Below, one piece after another: positions 19,917 to 29,805 of a stretch of 64,000 nt of DNA. Where the stretch lies: NCBI GenBank assembly GCA_016184225.1, contig JACPDA010000004.1, forward strand, positions 409,671-473,670, written 5' to 3'. Each line of letters opens with the position of its first letter. Position 1 is the first letter of the stretch. The notes beneath the pieces are model-generated. The model did not search any database. It worked only from the letters and a program-made list of their open reading frames with translations, and was not told where the DNA came from. Made by a program: the position numbers and the translations under genes. Source of the stretch: Candidatus Daviesbacteria bacterium. Lineage in GTDB: Bacteria > Patescibacteriota > Microgenomatia > Daviesbacterales > UBA10151.

Positions 19917-21737
19917 ATGACTAACTTAAAGACTCTTTTGATCTTTTTATTGACCGCTGTCCTGATTATATTTTTGGGATTCGATTTTCTGAAACCGGCA
20001 TTTGACATAGGTCTTACACCGGAAGATCGGGAATTTATTTTGCGTTACAAATTAATTGGTCAAAACCCTCTTACTAAGATATTGCAGTTTTGGTCAGAAC
20101 GCGGCGCTTATACCACTATTCCGATCTATTATATTGGAATAGTGCAAAGCATAGCAGGTTTTAACTATCAACTTATTCAGTTTATTGGTATGGTGCTTAG
20201 AGTTCTTGCTGCTTTATCAATTTTTCCTTTAACAAACCTTCTTTTTAAAAATATGCCACTCGCCTTTCTTGCAACAATCATATTCGCCTTTAGCTACACA
20301 ACTACAGGGGCGCTGGAAACAGGCGTTGAACCCAGTGAATATTTGGGTCTCTTTGTAATGAATATATTTTTAATTGCTTATTATTTTCTCAATACCAAAT
20401 ATTTTTTAAATATTTGGTGGTTACTTTTAACATCTCTTCTACTATTTGTTGCCGTAATGGCATCAATAATGAGGGTATATCCCATTTTATTTTTTATACC
20501 TATGGTTGAGATTTTTTTACTATTTTCAAACCGCAAGAAATACAAATTTAAGTACCTATTTTACAAACTTTTTATTTTCTATTTGCCTTTTTTTCTTCTT
20601 GTTCGTTTTTCACCTTCTGCAACCTCAGGTCATTTTTCGCTTCCCACAATTTTATTAAAAATCGCTCAGGGTAATTGGCATTTGTTACTAATCCCTTTTC
20701 AGGGATTAGGTTTTATGATACCGGTATATATGGCGTTTTTATTGGGAGGTCCATTGATTATATTTGGTTTAATGAGTTTAATGTTGTCTCTTGTTTGTAC
20801 TACACAGAAACTGCCCTTTTTTCTTAGGGTATTACTTTTGAATTTTGGCCTTGAAACATTAGCATACTGGATAATACAACGAAGATTATTGTCGCCTGTG
20901 GAGCTAAGGATGAATTTTGATGCCGCACATCTCTACCCGATTTTATTCGGCTTATTCATTTTTTCTCTTATGATAAATTCTTTGATTGATTGGTATAGAA
21001 GTGGTAAAAAGAATAATCTACTTTTTATACTGTGGATGGGACCTTTCATAGGATTATTTTTTATAACTATGACCTACATCTTCGCTGGTATAAATCTTTC
21101 TTTCGGAGGTGCACAAGATCATTATCTTCTGATACCAACAATAGGGATAAGTCTTTTTATAAGCGGGATATTGCTGGCAATGTATGAAAGATTGTCGGTT
21201 ACGCGATTTAAATCTATCGGGGGTTTTGCAGTTGTGGTAATTATACTTGCGTTCCTTTATGGGCTCAATAGAGAAAAGACTCACAGCTACTTCACGGGTG
21301 CAAATTATAACGGAAGAGCAGCAGCGGGTCAGGAATTTCTTCAGGGTAAGATAAGAGAAATATTTAGGAATTTGGATTATTCTAAACCAGTATTAGTTTA
21401 TTTTGATACTTCTGATATACCTGATGGAAAGGGCCCTTTTTATTCCGAAGGACTACTAACACCATTTCCAGTTTTGATGTATTTTAGAGGAGAGAATATA
21501 GTTAATGGTTGCATTGGAGTTATTTATGAGAATAGAAAAATGAAGAAGTTGAAAAAAGCTATTAAAATAATTGGTAATCAGCAGGCCATAGTTTATCAGA
21601 CTACATGTGTTGAAAATGGGAAAATAAATATTCAGGATGTTATTTATAAGGCCGATAATTTCTATGCATTGAAAATTAAAGATGAAAATCTTATTAATAT
21701 TAAGGATCAGGTAATTAAGGAATTAAAATTTAGATGA
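19917..21737 (+). CDS. 'DDW'-family GT-C-like membrane protein, paralog 1
   Basis: GLTPED after TM1, many TM helices, GNWHLLLIPFQGLG, VYFDTSD, GPFYSEG, GCIG and FYALKIK motifs. Confidence 0.65.
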   Translation: MTNLKTLLIFLLTAVLIIFLGFDFLKPAFDIGLTPEDREFILRYKLIGQNPLTKILQFWSERGAYTTIPIYYIGIVQSIAGFNYQLIQFIGMVLRVLAALSIFPLTNLLFKNMPLAFLATIIFAFSYTTTGALETGVEPSEYLGLFVMNIFLIAYYFLNTKYFLNIWWLLLTSLLLFVAVMASIMRVYPILFFIPMVEIFLLFSNRKKYKFKYLFYKLFIFYLPFFLLVRFSPSATSGHFSLPTILLKIAQGNWHLLLIPFQGLGFMIPVYMAFLLGGPLIIFGLMSLMLSLVCTTQKLPFFLRVLLLNFGLETLAYWIIQRRLLSPVELRMNFDAAHLYPILFGLFIFSLMINSLIDWYRSGKKNNLLFILWMGPFIGLFFITMTYIFAGINLSFGGAQDHYLLIPTIGISLFISGILLAMYERLSVTRFKSIGGFAVVVIILAFLYGLNREKTHSYFTGANYNGRAAAGQEFLQGKIREIFRNLDYSKPVLVYFDTSDIPDGKGPFYSEGLLTPFPVLMYFRGENIVNGCIGVIYENRKMKKLKKAIKIIGNQQAIVYQTTCVENGKINIQDVIYKADNFYALKIKDENLINIKDQVIKELKFR

Positions 21738-23623
21738 ACATGTTAATTAAGATTATTTCTGGACCATTCTCGATTATGATAATGATATTATTAGTTGCGT
21801 CACTCCAATATTTCCTGCTTTATGATTCGCTAACTTTGGGTTTTAAACCCGATGATTGGATATTATATTTCAATTATAAATTACTGGGAAGTGACCCATT
21901 GTCTAAAATTTCGTATGTCTGGTCCCAAAGGGGTTTGTATACTACATACCAGGTTTATTATATGGGATTACTAGATAGTTTATTTGGCCTGAATTATTAT
22001 ATCTTTCATTTAAGCAGTTTGATCTTAAAGATTATTGCAATTCTAGGGTTATATCCTTTAATCAGAATATTTTTTAAGAGTAGATTATTGGCTTATTTGG
22101 TAGTTTTCTTGTTTTCTATTAGTCATTCTGCAGTGGGTCCGTTAGAGTTTGTAGTCAAAGGCAGCGATTATCTTGCAATAATTTGGATGGAGGCATTTTT
22201 ATTAGCATATTATTGGATACAAAACAATAAATTCTTGAGTTGGAGGTATTACTTCATATTGCCGATATTTTTTATTCTTGCATTTTCTTTTTCACCGATT
22301 AGAATGTTTCCTCTCCTTGCGATACCGTTTCTAACAGAAGTTTTTTTGATTCTGAGAAATTTTCATCCGATTACCATTAGAAAATCACTGGTTAAACTCT
22401 CAATCATCTATTCGCCATTTATTATCGCCTTTATACTAATGAAACCTGCTTCTTTGTTAGCTGATGCGTATGGACCAAATGGAATATTGAAAAAGGTTTT
22501 AGATGGTAATTGGTATTTATTGCTAGCACCGTTCTCAGGAATGGGTTACTCATTTATTACAAATGATTATTGGAGAGAAATATTCGGTTTGATCATGGCG
22601 GACAATCTCAAAAATTACCTGAATTTTCTTTTAGGTGGACCGACGGTTATCTGTGGTATGCTAACCACTTTTGTTGTATGGTCGCAAATTCAAAGGCACA
22701 AAATCCTTTTTATTGTTTCCACAATGTTATTGAATTTCTTATTTCAAATCCTGATTTATTTCGTAGCATTTCATCACCGCAAACTGCCTTTTCTACAAGT
22801 AAATTATGATCCAGTCAATTTATACTCTATCATCTTTGGCGGATATATAATCATAATTGGATTCATGATTTTTTTAAACTGGTTAAAGAGTAAGGAAAAA
22901 GATAGGCTTTCAATGGCGTTCTGGATGGGTTCAGCTTTTCTTTTTGTCTTTACTTATTTAACATGGGCTTTTGCGCCTTTAGGCACAGGCTTTAGAGATA
23001 CGAGTTATTACTTAGTCGTGGGATCAATGGGATCATCGCTTATGATAGGAGCCTTTTTGGTTTCGTTCTACAATAAATTAAAGTCCATGACTGGCAGACT
23101 GGGATTTTTAGCATTTGTTGTTTTTTTGATTCTCATTCCGATTTTCAAGATGAGTGGTCAGGAAATCCTTCAAAGTTATTCTTCGTTAAATAGAGACGGA
23201 CGTGGTGCAAATGGGCAAATTGTGATGCAAAAAGAAGCCAGAAGAATGTTGGCTGATTTTAAAGCAGGAGATTATATTCTAGTTTATTTTGATACGTCTG
23301 ACATTACTGGTTTAGGACCATTTTATTCTGAAGGTTTTCTGACGAGTTTTCCTTTTTTTATGCTCCTCCAGAATGGAAAGGTGATTGATGGTTGCATTGG
23401 AGTTATCTACGAAGATAATAGAATGGTGCAACTTATTAAATCGATTCAAATTCAAAATGGAATAACAGGATTCAGTTTTCCTGCTTCATGTGTAGATAAT
23501 GGGAGAATTCGTTCAAAGGATTTATTCTTTACTTTTGATCATTTCTATGCCTTTAGAATTAAGGATAAGAAATTAATTAATATTAAAGAGGAAGTACTTA
23601 AAGACCTGAGGTTTTATAATTAA
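21734..23623 (+). CDS. 'DDW'-family GT-C-like membrane protein, paralog 2
   Basis: GFKPDDW, GNWYLLLAPFSGMG, VYFDTSD, GPFYSEG, GCIG and FYAFRIK motifs. Clear tandem paralog of 19917. Confidence 0.65.
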   Translation: MNMLIKIISGPFSIMIMILLVASLQYFLLYDSLTLGFKPDDWILYFNYKLLGSDPLSKISYVWSQRGLYTTYQVYYMGLLDSLFGLNYYIFHLSSLILKIIAILGLYPLIRIFFKSRLLAYLVVFLFSISHSAVGPLEFVVKGSDYLAIIWMEAFLLAYYWIQNNKFLSWRYYFILPIFFILAFSFSPIRMFPLLAIPFLTEVFLILRNFHPITIRKSLVKLSIIYSPFIIAFILMKPASLLADAYGPNGILKKVLDGNWYLLLAPFSGMGYSFITNDYWREIFGLIMADNLKNYLNFLLGGPTVICGMLTTFVVWSQIQRHKILFIVSTMLLNFLFQILIYFVAFHHRKLPFLQVNYDPVNLYSIIFGGYIIIIGFMIFLNWLKSKEKDRLSMAFWMGSAFLFVFTYLTWAFAPLGTGFRDTSYYLVVGSMGSSLMIGAFLVSFYNKLKSMTGRLGFLAFVVFLILIPIFKMSGQEILQSYSSLNRDGRGANGQIVMQKEARRMLADFKAGDYILVYFDTSDITGLGPFYSEGFLTSFPFFMLLQNGKVIDGCIGVIYEDNRMVQLIKSIQIQNGITGFSFPASCVDNGRIRSKDLFFTFDHFYAFRIKDKKLINIKEEVLKDLRFYN

Positions 23624-25337
23624 TCCTTATTTGTTCAAGCTGCTTTCTTGCCTCATTGGTGACGTTTACCATATTATCTTTCCCCTGCAAATAAAAGGCA
23701 TAAACTCTATCAGTGGGTACTGGTTTTACCGGGTAGCCATAGGCTGGTAAAGCTTTTCCATCTGTGACTGCAGAAATAACCTGATTAAAATTATCCATTG
23801 GAACAGGAATACCCCCATCTTCCTCCCTTATATTATAAAGTATTGCCATACGGGGTGGAAATCCAAAGGTAATAACATCGTGTAAAATCCCTCCGTTGGT
23901 GCCGTCCCCTTCAAAGTAGAAAATAATCGGCTCTTTACTTTTGCCAATCTCCGGGATATGCGGAATTTTATCCCAAACTTTACTGAAAGTTTCCTGGCTG
24001 TGAGAATTTAGCAAAGTATTTATATAAAGACGGCTAGAGGCGATATGAATAATTAGAAAAAGACAAAAGAAGACGAAGAGGGTTACCTGGTGTTTTTTTT
24101 CTTTGCCTAAGCTAATTAAGGCTGCAAAAAGTATGGTAACCCCTATGGCTGAGACTATTAAATAACGGTAAGTGGTGGGGAAGATTGATGTTGGTGCCCA
24201 CCACCAGGCAAAAAAGAAGGAGAGGATAGCCCAGAAGGCTCCTAAAAATAGAGCTTGAGAGCGCAGGAAGCTTATCAGAATAAGGGTGTATCCTCCAATC
24301 AAAAGTGAAAAAATCTGATTTGTGTTATTGAAAGAGTTTTGGTTACCTCTATAGATTAAAATAACCGAAACTCCCCACAACCCTAAAGCAATTAATAGGT
24401 TAATAAAAAATTTAGAGTTGAACTTACCTGCATTTTTGATGATAAAAAAGGCAATAACGGAAAAGATGAGCGTTGTCAATATAAGCATAGGAAGCAGTTG
24501 TCTGATTGCATTAATTTGTCCCTGCGGCCCTATTAAATCAGGAATCAACATACTTCCAAACATCACAACAGGGTAAAAGATAAAATCAAATCTGCCCTGT
24601 GCAAGCATTTGCATATCTTGTGTTAATCCGATCAGGAATCTCTCCATAGGTTCTTGGGGCGGGCCTTGGGATTGTCCGGTAAACCTGATAACTAAAAAGA
24701 TAAATACAATGATTGAAAATCTTAACGCAGCCACTTTTACAACTTTTAGACTTCTTTTTTGAAAAACCCAAAAAAGTTCCAGAAGGAAAATGAAAGGCAA
24801 AGAACCATGCATTCTGATGGGAGTTGTAATATAAGCAAGATAATAAAGCACACCGGCCACTATCAAAATAGGAAGCCTTTTATCCTCTCTTGCTTTAAGA
24901 AAGAAGAAAAGAAACAGATTAAACAGGGCAATGGTAATATAGGTAGGCATATTAAAGACCCAGTTTGTTGCATCAAATCCTATTACTGTAATTGAGAAAA
25001 AAATTACTGCGAAAAAAGAGGCAATCTTGCTTTTGGTGAGATAAAAAACCAAAGGATAAAATGAGAAAGCAGCAACGATTCTGAATGTATAAGAAGTTAA
25101 ATAATACCACGTTGATTCAAAACCAACAGTTTTTTGCATAACTCCCATTAAAATATCCTGGGCGCCATATGGTGTTAAATAGTAAGTTAGATGATTCCAT
25201 GCACCCGGAGATTTTGGTCCCAAATGTTGAAAGTATCTAAAAAAAGCCAGCCAATCGTCTCCAAACAGATTTAAAGAAAAAGTTTGGTAAATGGTAAATA
25301 AGCTAATCGAGATGACAGCAATAAAGAAAATCAGCAT
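23598..25337 (-). CDS. 'DDW'-family GT-C-like membrane protein, paralog 3
   Basis: LFGDDWLAFFRY, YGAQD, WVFNMP, PIRMHG, TFGFPP-MAILY and VYAFYL motifs. Confidence 0.65.
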   Translation of the reverse strand: MLIFFIAVISISLFTIYQTFSLNLFGDDWLAFFRYFQHLGPKSPGAWNHLTYYLTPYGAQDILMGVMQKTVGFESTWYYLTSYTFRIVAAFSFYPLVFYLTKSKIASFFAVIFFSITVIGFDATNWVFNMPTYITIALFNLFLFFFLKAREDKRLPILIVAGVLYYLAYITTPIRMHGSLPFIFLLELFWVFQKRSLKVVKVAALRFSIIVFIFLVIRFTGQSQGPPQEPMERFLIGLTQDMQMLAQGRFDFIFYPVVMFGSMLIPDLIGPQGQINAIRQLLPMLILTTLIFSVIAFFIIKNAGKFNSKFFINLLIALGLWGVSVILIYRGNQNSFNNTNQIFSLLIGGYTLILISFLRSQALFLGAFWAILSFFFAWWWAPTSIFPTTYRYLIVSAIGVTILFAALISLGKEKKHQVTLFVFFCLFLIIHIASSRLYINTLLNSHSQETFSKVWDKIPHIPEIGKSKEPIIFYFEGDGTNGGILHDVITFGFPPRMAILYNIREEDGGIPVPMDNFNQVISAVTDGKALPAYGYPVKPVPTDRVYAFYLQGKDNMVNVTNEARKQLEQIRINYKTSGL

Positions 25338-25357
25338 GTTTAGATAATACTTGAGAT

Positions 25358-27145
25358 TTAAGGGTTAGACAATAGCTCTTGCAATTTTTGCCGGGTCTGC
25401 CCAGTAATATTAACTAAGTTATCTTTTCCTAAAAGCTGGAAAGCGTACACGCTTTCAATGCTAATTGGTTTGTCTTTGCCAATGGATTTTCCGTCTGAAA
25501 CTGCGGAGACAACTTCTTTCCAGTCGCTCATTGGTTGAGGAATCCTTTCCTCCTCAGAAATTTTATAAAGTATGGCCATATGGGGTGGAAAGCCGAAAGT
25601 TACAGAGTTGCGTAAGATGGGTTCATTAGTGTCATCCTCCTGGAAATAAAAAATAAGAGGTTCAGAGGTTTTACCTACTTGGGGAATATACGGCATTTGG
25701 GACCAGATTTTCTTTGTGGTCTCTTTGTTACGGGTAGTATATTCGACCGCCAAAAAAAGTTTTATATAGGAAGCATGACTTATTTGCAAAATTACCGCAA
25801 TGAACAATAAGATCAGCATACTTTGACGGTTTTTACCAAGACTGATAATTTTTGCCAGCAGCAGCGAGATGCCGACTCCGGAAATTATCAGATAACGGTG
25901 AGAAGTTGGGAATATTGCTGATGTGTTAGCTTGCCACCAGGGGTAAAGATTTGAAATTATTGTCCAGCCTAAAGCGATTAACAAACCGCCTTTTAGAGGG
26001 GTTTCTGCTTTAAGGTAAAGAAACAGATTTAAAACTAATATTAAAAGATAACCACCGATTAAAAGCGCCGATGCATTATTAGCATTAGCAAGAACAAGAG
26101 GGTTAATTTTTAACAGGATTAAGGATAAAATAGCCCAAATAGTCCCAAGTAAGATACCGGTGTAAAAGGACTTAGTTTTTAAATTGCTGATGGTGTGTTT
26201 TGCAACAAACAATATAACTATATAGAAAAAAAAGATCGGCAAAAATATTCTAAAAAGATATTGGCCGGCATTTTCTATCCGCCACCCCTGCGGTTGAAAA
26301 GCATCGGGAACAACAATATTTCCTAAAGTTGCAATGGGATAAAACAAGAAGTCAAAATTACCCGAGGATATAAGTTGGAAACTATGTTTAAGGCCTATTA
26401 AAAGACCGCTAGCAGGGCTTCCGCTAATAGTTTCTTTGAAACCAAGCAAATAGATCAAAAAATAGACAACAAAAAAACCTGAAATCTTTAGTCCAGAATC
26501 AATGAAGTTCCATCTTTTTGTAAAAAGGGCCATTAGTATTTCAAAAAAGATTAGGAAGGGGATAAGACCATGGGCCCTGATAGGAGTTGCCAAAAAAGTT
26601 AATGCAAAGAAAAGATAAATTAACAAAAGAGTCTTTATTTTCTTTCCAAAATTCAGAAATTGTTCGCTGTTTTGGAAATATTTTAAAGAAAAAAACAGCA
26701 TGAAACTAAAGAAGATAATGGAGATATAAGAGGGCATGTTAAATACCCAGCTTGAGGCGCTTATCCCGACTGAGGAAAATAAGAAAAAGAAAACGGCAAA
26801 CCATGCTGCCCGCTTACTTTTTGTTAGAAGGGAAGCCGGAAAGTATAAGGAGAGGGCAGCGATTACTCTTAGCGTATAAGATAATAGAAAATAAATATTG
26901 GAATCACTGCCAAAGGCTTTATAAAGAAAGGCCATAATAGTATCTTGGGATCCATAAGCATTAAGGAGGTATTTAAAGATATTAAAATATTCCGTTGAGT
27001 AAGGCCCCAAATGTTTGGGCGCATCTAAATAATATGAATATCTGAATATGGCAAGCCAATCATCTCCAAAAAGTCCCAAGTTAAAAAAAGGCATAAAGAC
27101 CCAGAGGTTAAGCAGTAATAGTAGAATAGAAATTAGCAGAAACAT
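25358..27145 (-). CDS. 'DDW'-family GT-C-like membrane protein, paralog 4
   Basis: LFGDDWLAIFRY, YGSQD, WVFNMP, PIRAHG, TFGFPP-MAILY and VYAFQL motifs. Tandem paralog of 23598. Confidence 0.65.
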   Translation of the reverse strand: MFLLISILLLLLNLWVFMPFFNLGLFGDDWLAIFRYSYYLDAPKHLGPYSTEYFNIFKYLLNAYGSQDTIMAFLYKAFGSDSNIYFLLSYTLRVIAALSLYFPASLLTKSKRAAWFAVFFFLFSSVGISASSWVFNMPSYISIIFFSFMLFFSLKYFQNSEQFLNFGKKIKTLLLIYLFFALTFLATPIRAHGLIPFLIFFEILMALFTKRWNFIDSGLKISGFFVVYFLIYLLGFKETISGSPASGLLIGLKHSFQLISSGNFDFLFYPIATLGNIVVPDAFQPQGWRIENAGQYLFRIFLPIFFFYIVILFVAKHTISNLKTKSFYTGILLGTIWAILSLILLKINPLVLANANNASALLIGGYLLILVLNLFLYLKAETPLKGGLLIALGWTIISNLYPWWQANTSAIFPTSHRYLIISGVGISLLLAKIISLGKNRQSMLILLFIAVILQISHASYIKLFLAVEYTTRNKETTKKIWSQMPYIPQVGKTSEPLIFYFQEDDTNEPILRNSVTFGFPPHMAILYKISEEERIPQPMSDWKEVVSAVSDGKSIGKDKPISIESVYAFQLLGKDNLVNITGQTRQKLQELLSNP

Positions 27146-27154
27146 TTTTAATTT

Positions 27155-28303
27155 TTATACACCGCTAAGTGTCTTAACAGTTTTTACCCATATTCGCATC
27201 GAGTATGCAAGGTGGTGAAAATACCCGCGCGTTGCGGCATTCCAAATAAAACTGTCAAATTTTTGAACAGCATCCTCCATCTGTGATGCCAGACTTAAGT
27301 AGCTTTCCGCGTATGATGATCCCTCCAGTTTAACTTCTGTGAGCCAGTTTAGAATATCTTCCAGGACAATTACACACATAAATTCGTAATTTAAATCCTT
27401 TATCGCGTTATGAGTATTTCTTATGTGGTTTATAATAGGGGATCCGACACGAATATTAAACCCTAAGTGCTTTACGCATGCCTGAGCAAAAAAACCGCTG
27501 AAAATATCGCCGTACCTATCAATAGATAAACCTGATATCGGATACCCCATTTTTACAAACCAGTATGAAGGAATTACTGCTCGGTTTAAGCTGGTATTTT
27601 GGGTATTTATCGGCGTCCAAGTTTTGTTTGCAAGTACTAACGATTTCTTTTTGAAAGAAATAGCATTAGGTTTAACACCAAGCCAGGTAATAGCATCTAC
27701 ATCAGGAGCTTTTAACCACAGACCGGCATTCATATGGATTTCAACATCAGAGTTTTTTTGAGTGTACTTCTCTTGTTTAAATCTGGCAAAGTATGGAAAA
27801 CCTCTCGCGTAAACAACTCCGGGATTTGAAAAATTCAGCAAGCTGCATATATTAAACCAACCATTGCTATCTTGAATAGTGACACTTTTATGCTTCCCTC
27901 TTCCAACCACCTCATGTTCTTTAAAAAAGTCTTTGCCTTTAATGGGAAAGTTATCATCATCTATTGAAATGATTACCTCATCTCCAAGCTCGTATGCCAT
28001 TAGATAACCAACGTTTCTTCTGCTGTCTGAATTATAAGGGACAGTGTTGAATATAGGACCCAGTTTTCTTAGGTATTCATCCTGATCATCTAAAGTGGGA
28101 CAAAGTATATTAAATCCCCTTCTTTTAATGTCTTTGCATTTTTGATAAAGCTCTTTAGGAGTTTTTCTGTCAGGAATAATAATAAGCCTTGTTTGGTCCT
28201 CCACTTTTTCCTCGGTCATTTTTTGGACGTAAGTTTCTAGAAAATTACCTTCGTAGATAGAAGTTGCAACGACTGAGAATTTAGTTTTTCTATCTTTTTT
28301 CAT
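27155..28303 (-). CDS. RGP/GT75-like protein (UDP-arabinopyranose mutase / STELLO-related)
   Basis: RRNVGYL, SIDDDN, RGFPY, GLWL-PDVDA, PINTQNT and RYGDIFSG parallel the RGP motifs (IDDD, RGYPF, GLWLNIPDYDA, RYDDMWAG). Confidence 0.7.
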   Translation of the reverse strand: MKKDRKTKFSVVATSIYEGNFLETYVQKMTEEKVEDQTRLIIIPDRKTPKELYQKCKDIKRRGFNILCPTLDDQDEYLRKLGPIFNTVPYNSDSRRNVGYLMAYELGDEVIISIDDDNFPIKGKDFFKEHEVVGRGKHKSVTIQDSNGWFNICSLLNFSNPGVVYARGFPYFARFKQEKYTQKNSDVEIHMNAGLWLKAPDVDAITWLGVKPNAISFKKKSLVLANKTWTPINTQNTSLNRAVIPSYWFVKMGYPISGLSIDRYGDIFSGFFAQACVKHLGFNIRVGSPIINHIRNTHNAIKDLNYEFMCVIVLEDILNWLTEVKLEGSSYAESYLSLASQMEDAVQKFDSFIWNAATRGYFHHLAYSMRIWVKTVKTLSGV

Positions 28304-28983
28304 GCTATTAATTCCTGGTAAAACAACTTTAACTGGTCCAGGCCTGTTTTAAGTGAGGGAAATGTGCTTTTCCCATAGACCCTTTTTCCTTCTTTAGTCG
28401 GGAATTCCGTTATTTTAACACCGGTCTTTAATGCCCTGATTATCTGTTGATAGTCTGATGCATTCGGGGGCGGGATTTTTATCCTTAATTTTTCATAAGC
28501 CTTCCGTGCGAAAGCGCGGTAACCCTGCGTAGGATCTGTGCATTTGTTGCCTCCTCTTCCCCATACAATAGTTGCGATAAGTCCCATTCCCTGACAAAAC
28601 CACTTACGCGGCTTCAAGAGCTGGTCATCCTCTTCATTATATCCATCTTTTCCCATTCTTCCGGCAATGATGAATTCAAACCCCTCTTTAAGCAGCTTAA
28701 CAAATTTTTTAAGATCATAAGGTTCCATATTTCCGTCCGGGTGAAAAAATATTAAGGTATCTTCTTTTGTGTTTCTCCAGGCAGATTCGTATGCTCCGCC
28801 CACCCCTTTATATTTTTGCGGGAAGACCTCTATACCTTTACTTTTCCAAAATTCCTGAGTTCCGTCTGAAGAATTTGCATCAATGACATATATCTTATCC
28901 ACTAAATTTTTAGGGATCCTGCCGAATATTTTTTCCGAATTTCTCCGCTCGTTCTTGGTAAAGATTATCAGTGCAATTTTCAT
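28300..28983 (-). CDS. GT2 polyprenol-phosphate glycosyltransferase-like
   Basis: TKNE, IDANSSDGT, FHPDGN, IAGR and TDPTQGYRA motifs. Confidence 0.8.
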   Translation of the reverse strand: MKIALIIFTKNERRNSEKIFGRIPKNLVDKIYVIDANSSDGTQEFWKSKGIEVFPQKYKGVGGAYESAWRNTKEDTLIFFHPDGNMEPYDLKKFVKLLKEGFEFIIAGRMGKDGYNEEDDQLLKPRKWFCQGMGLIATIVWGRGGNKCTDPTQGYRAFARKAYEKLRIKIPPPNASDYQQIIRALKTGVKITEFPTKEGKRVYGKSTFPSLKTGLDQLKLFYQELIA

Positions 28984-28991
28984 TCCATGAT

Positions 28992-29675
28992 TTATTGTTT
29001 TTTACTAAGAACCGCAAGACCATTATAGACAAGAAAAATTGAAAGAGAGTACTCCGGATGTGCATGTACAAAATCATTGCAAGCTTTCTGGATATGAGGA
29101 ATCCATTTAAGATCATCAACAATTATATGACTGGCATCCAATTTTGCCATTCCAATAAGGTCATTCATACATGCTTCGTATGAGTGATCTCCGTCAACAA
29201 CTCCTAATATGGTTTTACCATAGTATTTTTTCTTAATTGCATTACTGCGGTCTTCAAAAAACTTATCGCTTTTTTCCACTACAAACTCGAATCTGTTTTT
29301 GCCGTACAGTTTTTCTAAATATGCTATGCCTTGTTTCCAGTTGCCATAAGGAAAGGCGTCCACGGAAATTAATTTTCCGCTTTTCACTTTTGGCCACTCT
29401 GATTTAACGTAGGATAGAAACTTCGTGTCTCCACTCAAAATCCCTTCTTCAACTCTTTCTCCATCCATCAAAAAACCGTCTGTGAGAGCTTCGAGCAAAA
29501 ACAGCGCTGATTTTCCCCAAAGATGTCCTATCTGGATTATTAAACCTGGTTTATAGAACTTGACTAAAGAGTAAATCAGAAAAGCCACTTCATCAATTAC
29601 CCATCCGGTCCTGTCAGAAGCTTTTGTAATACTTTTAAGTTTTGCTAGATGCTTTTTGAATTGTAATATATTCAT
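28992..29675 (-). CDS. Class I SAM-dependent methyltransferase (Methyltransf_24-like)
   Basis: IQIGHLWGKS, SVDAF, VDGDHSYE and IIVDD motifs. Confidence 0.65.
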   Translation of the reverse strand: MNILQFKKHLAKLKSITKASDRTGWVIDEVAFLIYSLVKFYKPGLIIQIGHLWGKSALFLLEALTDGFLMDGERVEEGILSGDTKFLSYVKSEWPKVKSGKLISVDAFPYGNWKQGIAYLEKLYGKNRFEFVVEKSDKFFEDRSNAIKKKYYGKTILGVVDGDHSYEACMNDLIGMAKLDASHIIVDDLKWIPHIQKACNDFVHAHPEYSLSIFLVYNGLAVLSKKQ

Positions 29676-29693
29676 TCGTGGTATTTTCCAATT

Positions 29694-29711
29694 CTCCGGC
29701 TAAAGCCGGAG
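29694..29711. repeat. GC-rich palindrome CTCCGGCT-AA-AGCCGGAG in a divergent intergenic region
   Basis: Perfect 8-bp inverted repeat read directly from the sequence. Confidence 0.75.
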
Positions 29712-29805
29712 TCACTATAAAGATTATCATACAAACCCTTAGAGTCAAGCTTTAATATTGATATCATTCTCGCATCCATGTTATTCTTTTTAAGAGAGAG
29801 CCGAC

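Noticed and set aside
19895-20008. N-terminal extensions of track ORFs (20008, 50880, 50875, 50113, 53720, 33576)
   Set aside because: They overlap divergent genes or promoters, or lie upstream of the family start motif or SD site. Downstream ATGs fit better.
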